A DNA stretch of 64,000 nt from Eledone cirrhosa (taxonomy: Eukaryota), in contig OZ024741.1 in assembly GCA_964016885.1 (NCBI GenBank), positions 216,070,001 through 216,134,000 of the forward strand, given 5' to 3'. The position numbers were made by a program, and so were the translations under genes. Within the stretch, counting starts at the first letter, position 1; each line of letters starts with the position of its first letter. Positions 62,201 to 64,000 of the stretch are shown one piece after another. A model generated the notes under the pieces. It made no database searches. It saw only the letters and a program-made list of their open reading frames with translations, and was not told where the DNA came from.

Positions 62201-64000
62201 CAAGTTGAGCTTCCAGTAACCGGGTCCCTGTCGATGCGTTCTGTCAAGGTTGACCATACAGGTCACTAACTTGTGGTCTGAATAGCCAATCATGAGCGTT
62301 TTTGGACAACTTAAAAAGTCCTTATCCTTATTTCTAACTAAGAACCTATCTAGGTACGACCTAGATGATCCGCTGCGGTTTGCCCAGGTCCAGGTTGGCG
62401 CAGTCAGAAAATCTAGTCGATATCTATCGGCCAAGTCAAATCGACCGATTAACCCTTTGAGGCTGTTACACCCCTCTCTATCGGGACAGGCCCCTACGTA
62501 GTCCCAACGTGCATCTAGGATACCATTCCAGTCCCCCACACATAGCAAGGAACAGAACGTCCCTAGAAAATTCTCCAGACGATGGAAGAAGTCCGGCCGC
62601 GTTGACCCTAGGGCCGTAGACGGCTACCAGCCTAAACGCTCCGCCTTCACCACTGCCAAGGTCCAGAACCACTAGTCGACCCTCCGGGTCCAAGTGTACC
62701 GTCTGTGTTGCGAGACCCAGATGTTTTTGCAGCAGAACGACATCCCCCACCTCCGGGCTGACAGAGAGATGCGTGCATCTCAAAGTCATCAAAGGTGGGG
62801 CCAGCTGTCGCACGGTGCTGATCCGGGCCTCGCAAATAACCATCACATATATACGTTGTGACCTGAGGTCATTTAGAAGCATTGCTTGCTTCCAAGTTGA
62901 GCCCAGGCCACGCGCATTTAGACAGCCTACTCTTAGCATAGCCATGTTGGTGGTGAAGAGAAAAGGCACTTACCTCTCTCCGTCCCGGGTATCGGGCTGC
63001 ACAATTTCCATGAGGGTGGGGGTGGGTTGTTGGGTGGGGGTGGTTTGTGGAAGTGTAGGGGCATCAGTGTGTTGTGTGATTGGGGTGTTTGGAGTTGTGT
63101 GGGTGTTTGGGGAGGGGTGGGGAAGATTTTTAGGAGGATCGGTTAATGGGCCCGGCGCAGGGGGGGGGGGGGGGGCACGTCCTCTTTAAAGTTGTTTTTT
63201 TAGTGTTTTATATGTGTCCTCTGGCGCCTTAATCATTTTGAGGTGGGGGAAATCCACTGCCTGGGTGAAGTTAGGCCCTTGGGTTTTTACTAAATTGTTG
63301 TTGTATACAATGTTTAGCAGTTTTTTATTTCCTGTGTTTATGTATGTGAATGCATGTTTGTGTTTTTGTGTGGTGTTTTTTGTTTGCTGTTGTTGTGTGC
63401 TCTTTTGTGTTGGTGTCTGTGTTATGTTTTGGGGAGGGGTTGTTTTCATTTGTGTGTCTGGGGTGTGTTTTCTTTTTTTCTATTGATTGTGTGGAAGTGC
63501 TCCTCCTCGTCTGACGACGAACGAGGGTCATCTTCCGCGTTGGAGGGGAGGGGTAGATTTTCGGGTTGCGTTTGTGGTGCGGGTGTTTTGGAAATTGTTT
63601 TTTTTTTGGGGGGGGGGGGACAGTGTTTTGTTTTGGTTTGAGCTGTGGTTGTTGTTTTTGTAGTGGTGGTTGTAGTGATTGTGTTGGTTGTGCAGTTGTT
63701 GGTGGTGTAGGCAGGATTGGGGTTTTCTTTTTAAGTTGAGGACAGACAGCCCTCAGGTGACCTCTGGCTCCACAGAGGTAACACGAGGGCCTCCTACCCT
63801 CAACGGTAATGTTGATAAAAGTTTGATCATCCAGTATGATGCGTTCAGGGATCTGGGCGATCCTTTCAGGCCTCATTTGAACTACAAGTTTGAGGCCCGT
63901 TCCGCTGAACGCGTCACCCGATGCCTTTCCCATGGATATTAGTGTGTCATCATCTAGGTCCAGGAAACCTGTCAATACCCACCATATGTCCATAATCGGA
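59238..64000 (-). mobile_element. Tx1/L1-clade LINE copy E5, close sister of E3, several frameshifts/stops, runs off the window
   Basis: ORF2 59516-62945 and ORF1 62970->64000 peptides closely match E3 (MDIWWVLTGFLD, CYLCGARGHLRAVC, MAMLRVGCLNARGL). Confidence 0.95.

Noticed and set aside
44270-63942. Plus-strand ORFs across the Tx1 array
   Set aside because: Antisense shadows of GC-rich ORF1/ORF2.

Overview
Repeat-dense eukaryotic DNA with no host protein-coding gene that I can recognise. The microsatellite load and the main tRNA-derived SINE resemble octopod (cephalopod) genomes, but this is from memory and not verified. The window holds: (i) five minus-strand L1/Tx1-clade LINEs, four of them stacked head-to-tail from 44.1 kb to the window end and separated by (GATA)n, one (49.9-55.6 kb) with an intact 1143-aa ORF2; (ii) three Penelope-like elements (PLEs, RT + GIY-YIG), one folded into a near-perfect 1.56-kb inverted repeat; (iii) a decayed CR1-group LINE, a 4-kb non-autonomous Helitron, a Tc2/pogo-like MITE, many SINEs, a 32-bp satellite and trinucleotide tracts; (iv) at least eight sequence-distinct type I hammerhead-ribozyme-like motifs, mostly in short islands inside (TA)n. 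Best leads: in the Tx1 elements ORF2 is bracketed by a consensus splice donor overlapping the ORF1 stop codon and a TAG|G acceptor at the ORF2 stop codon, so ORF2 could be a removable intron; the Tx1 family appears to target or regenerate (GATA)n; and there are atypical hammerheads (long or branched stem II, recurring U4A core, a 345-nt retrozyme-like unit). All structures were read by eye; no folding, alignment or database search was run.
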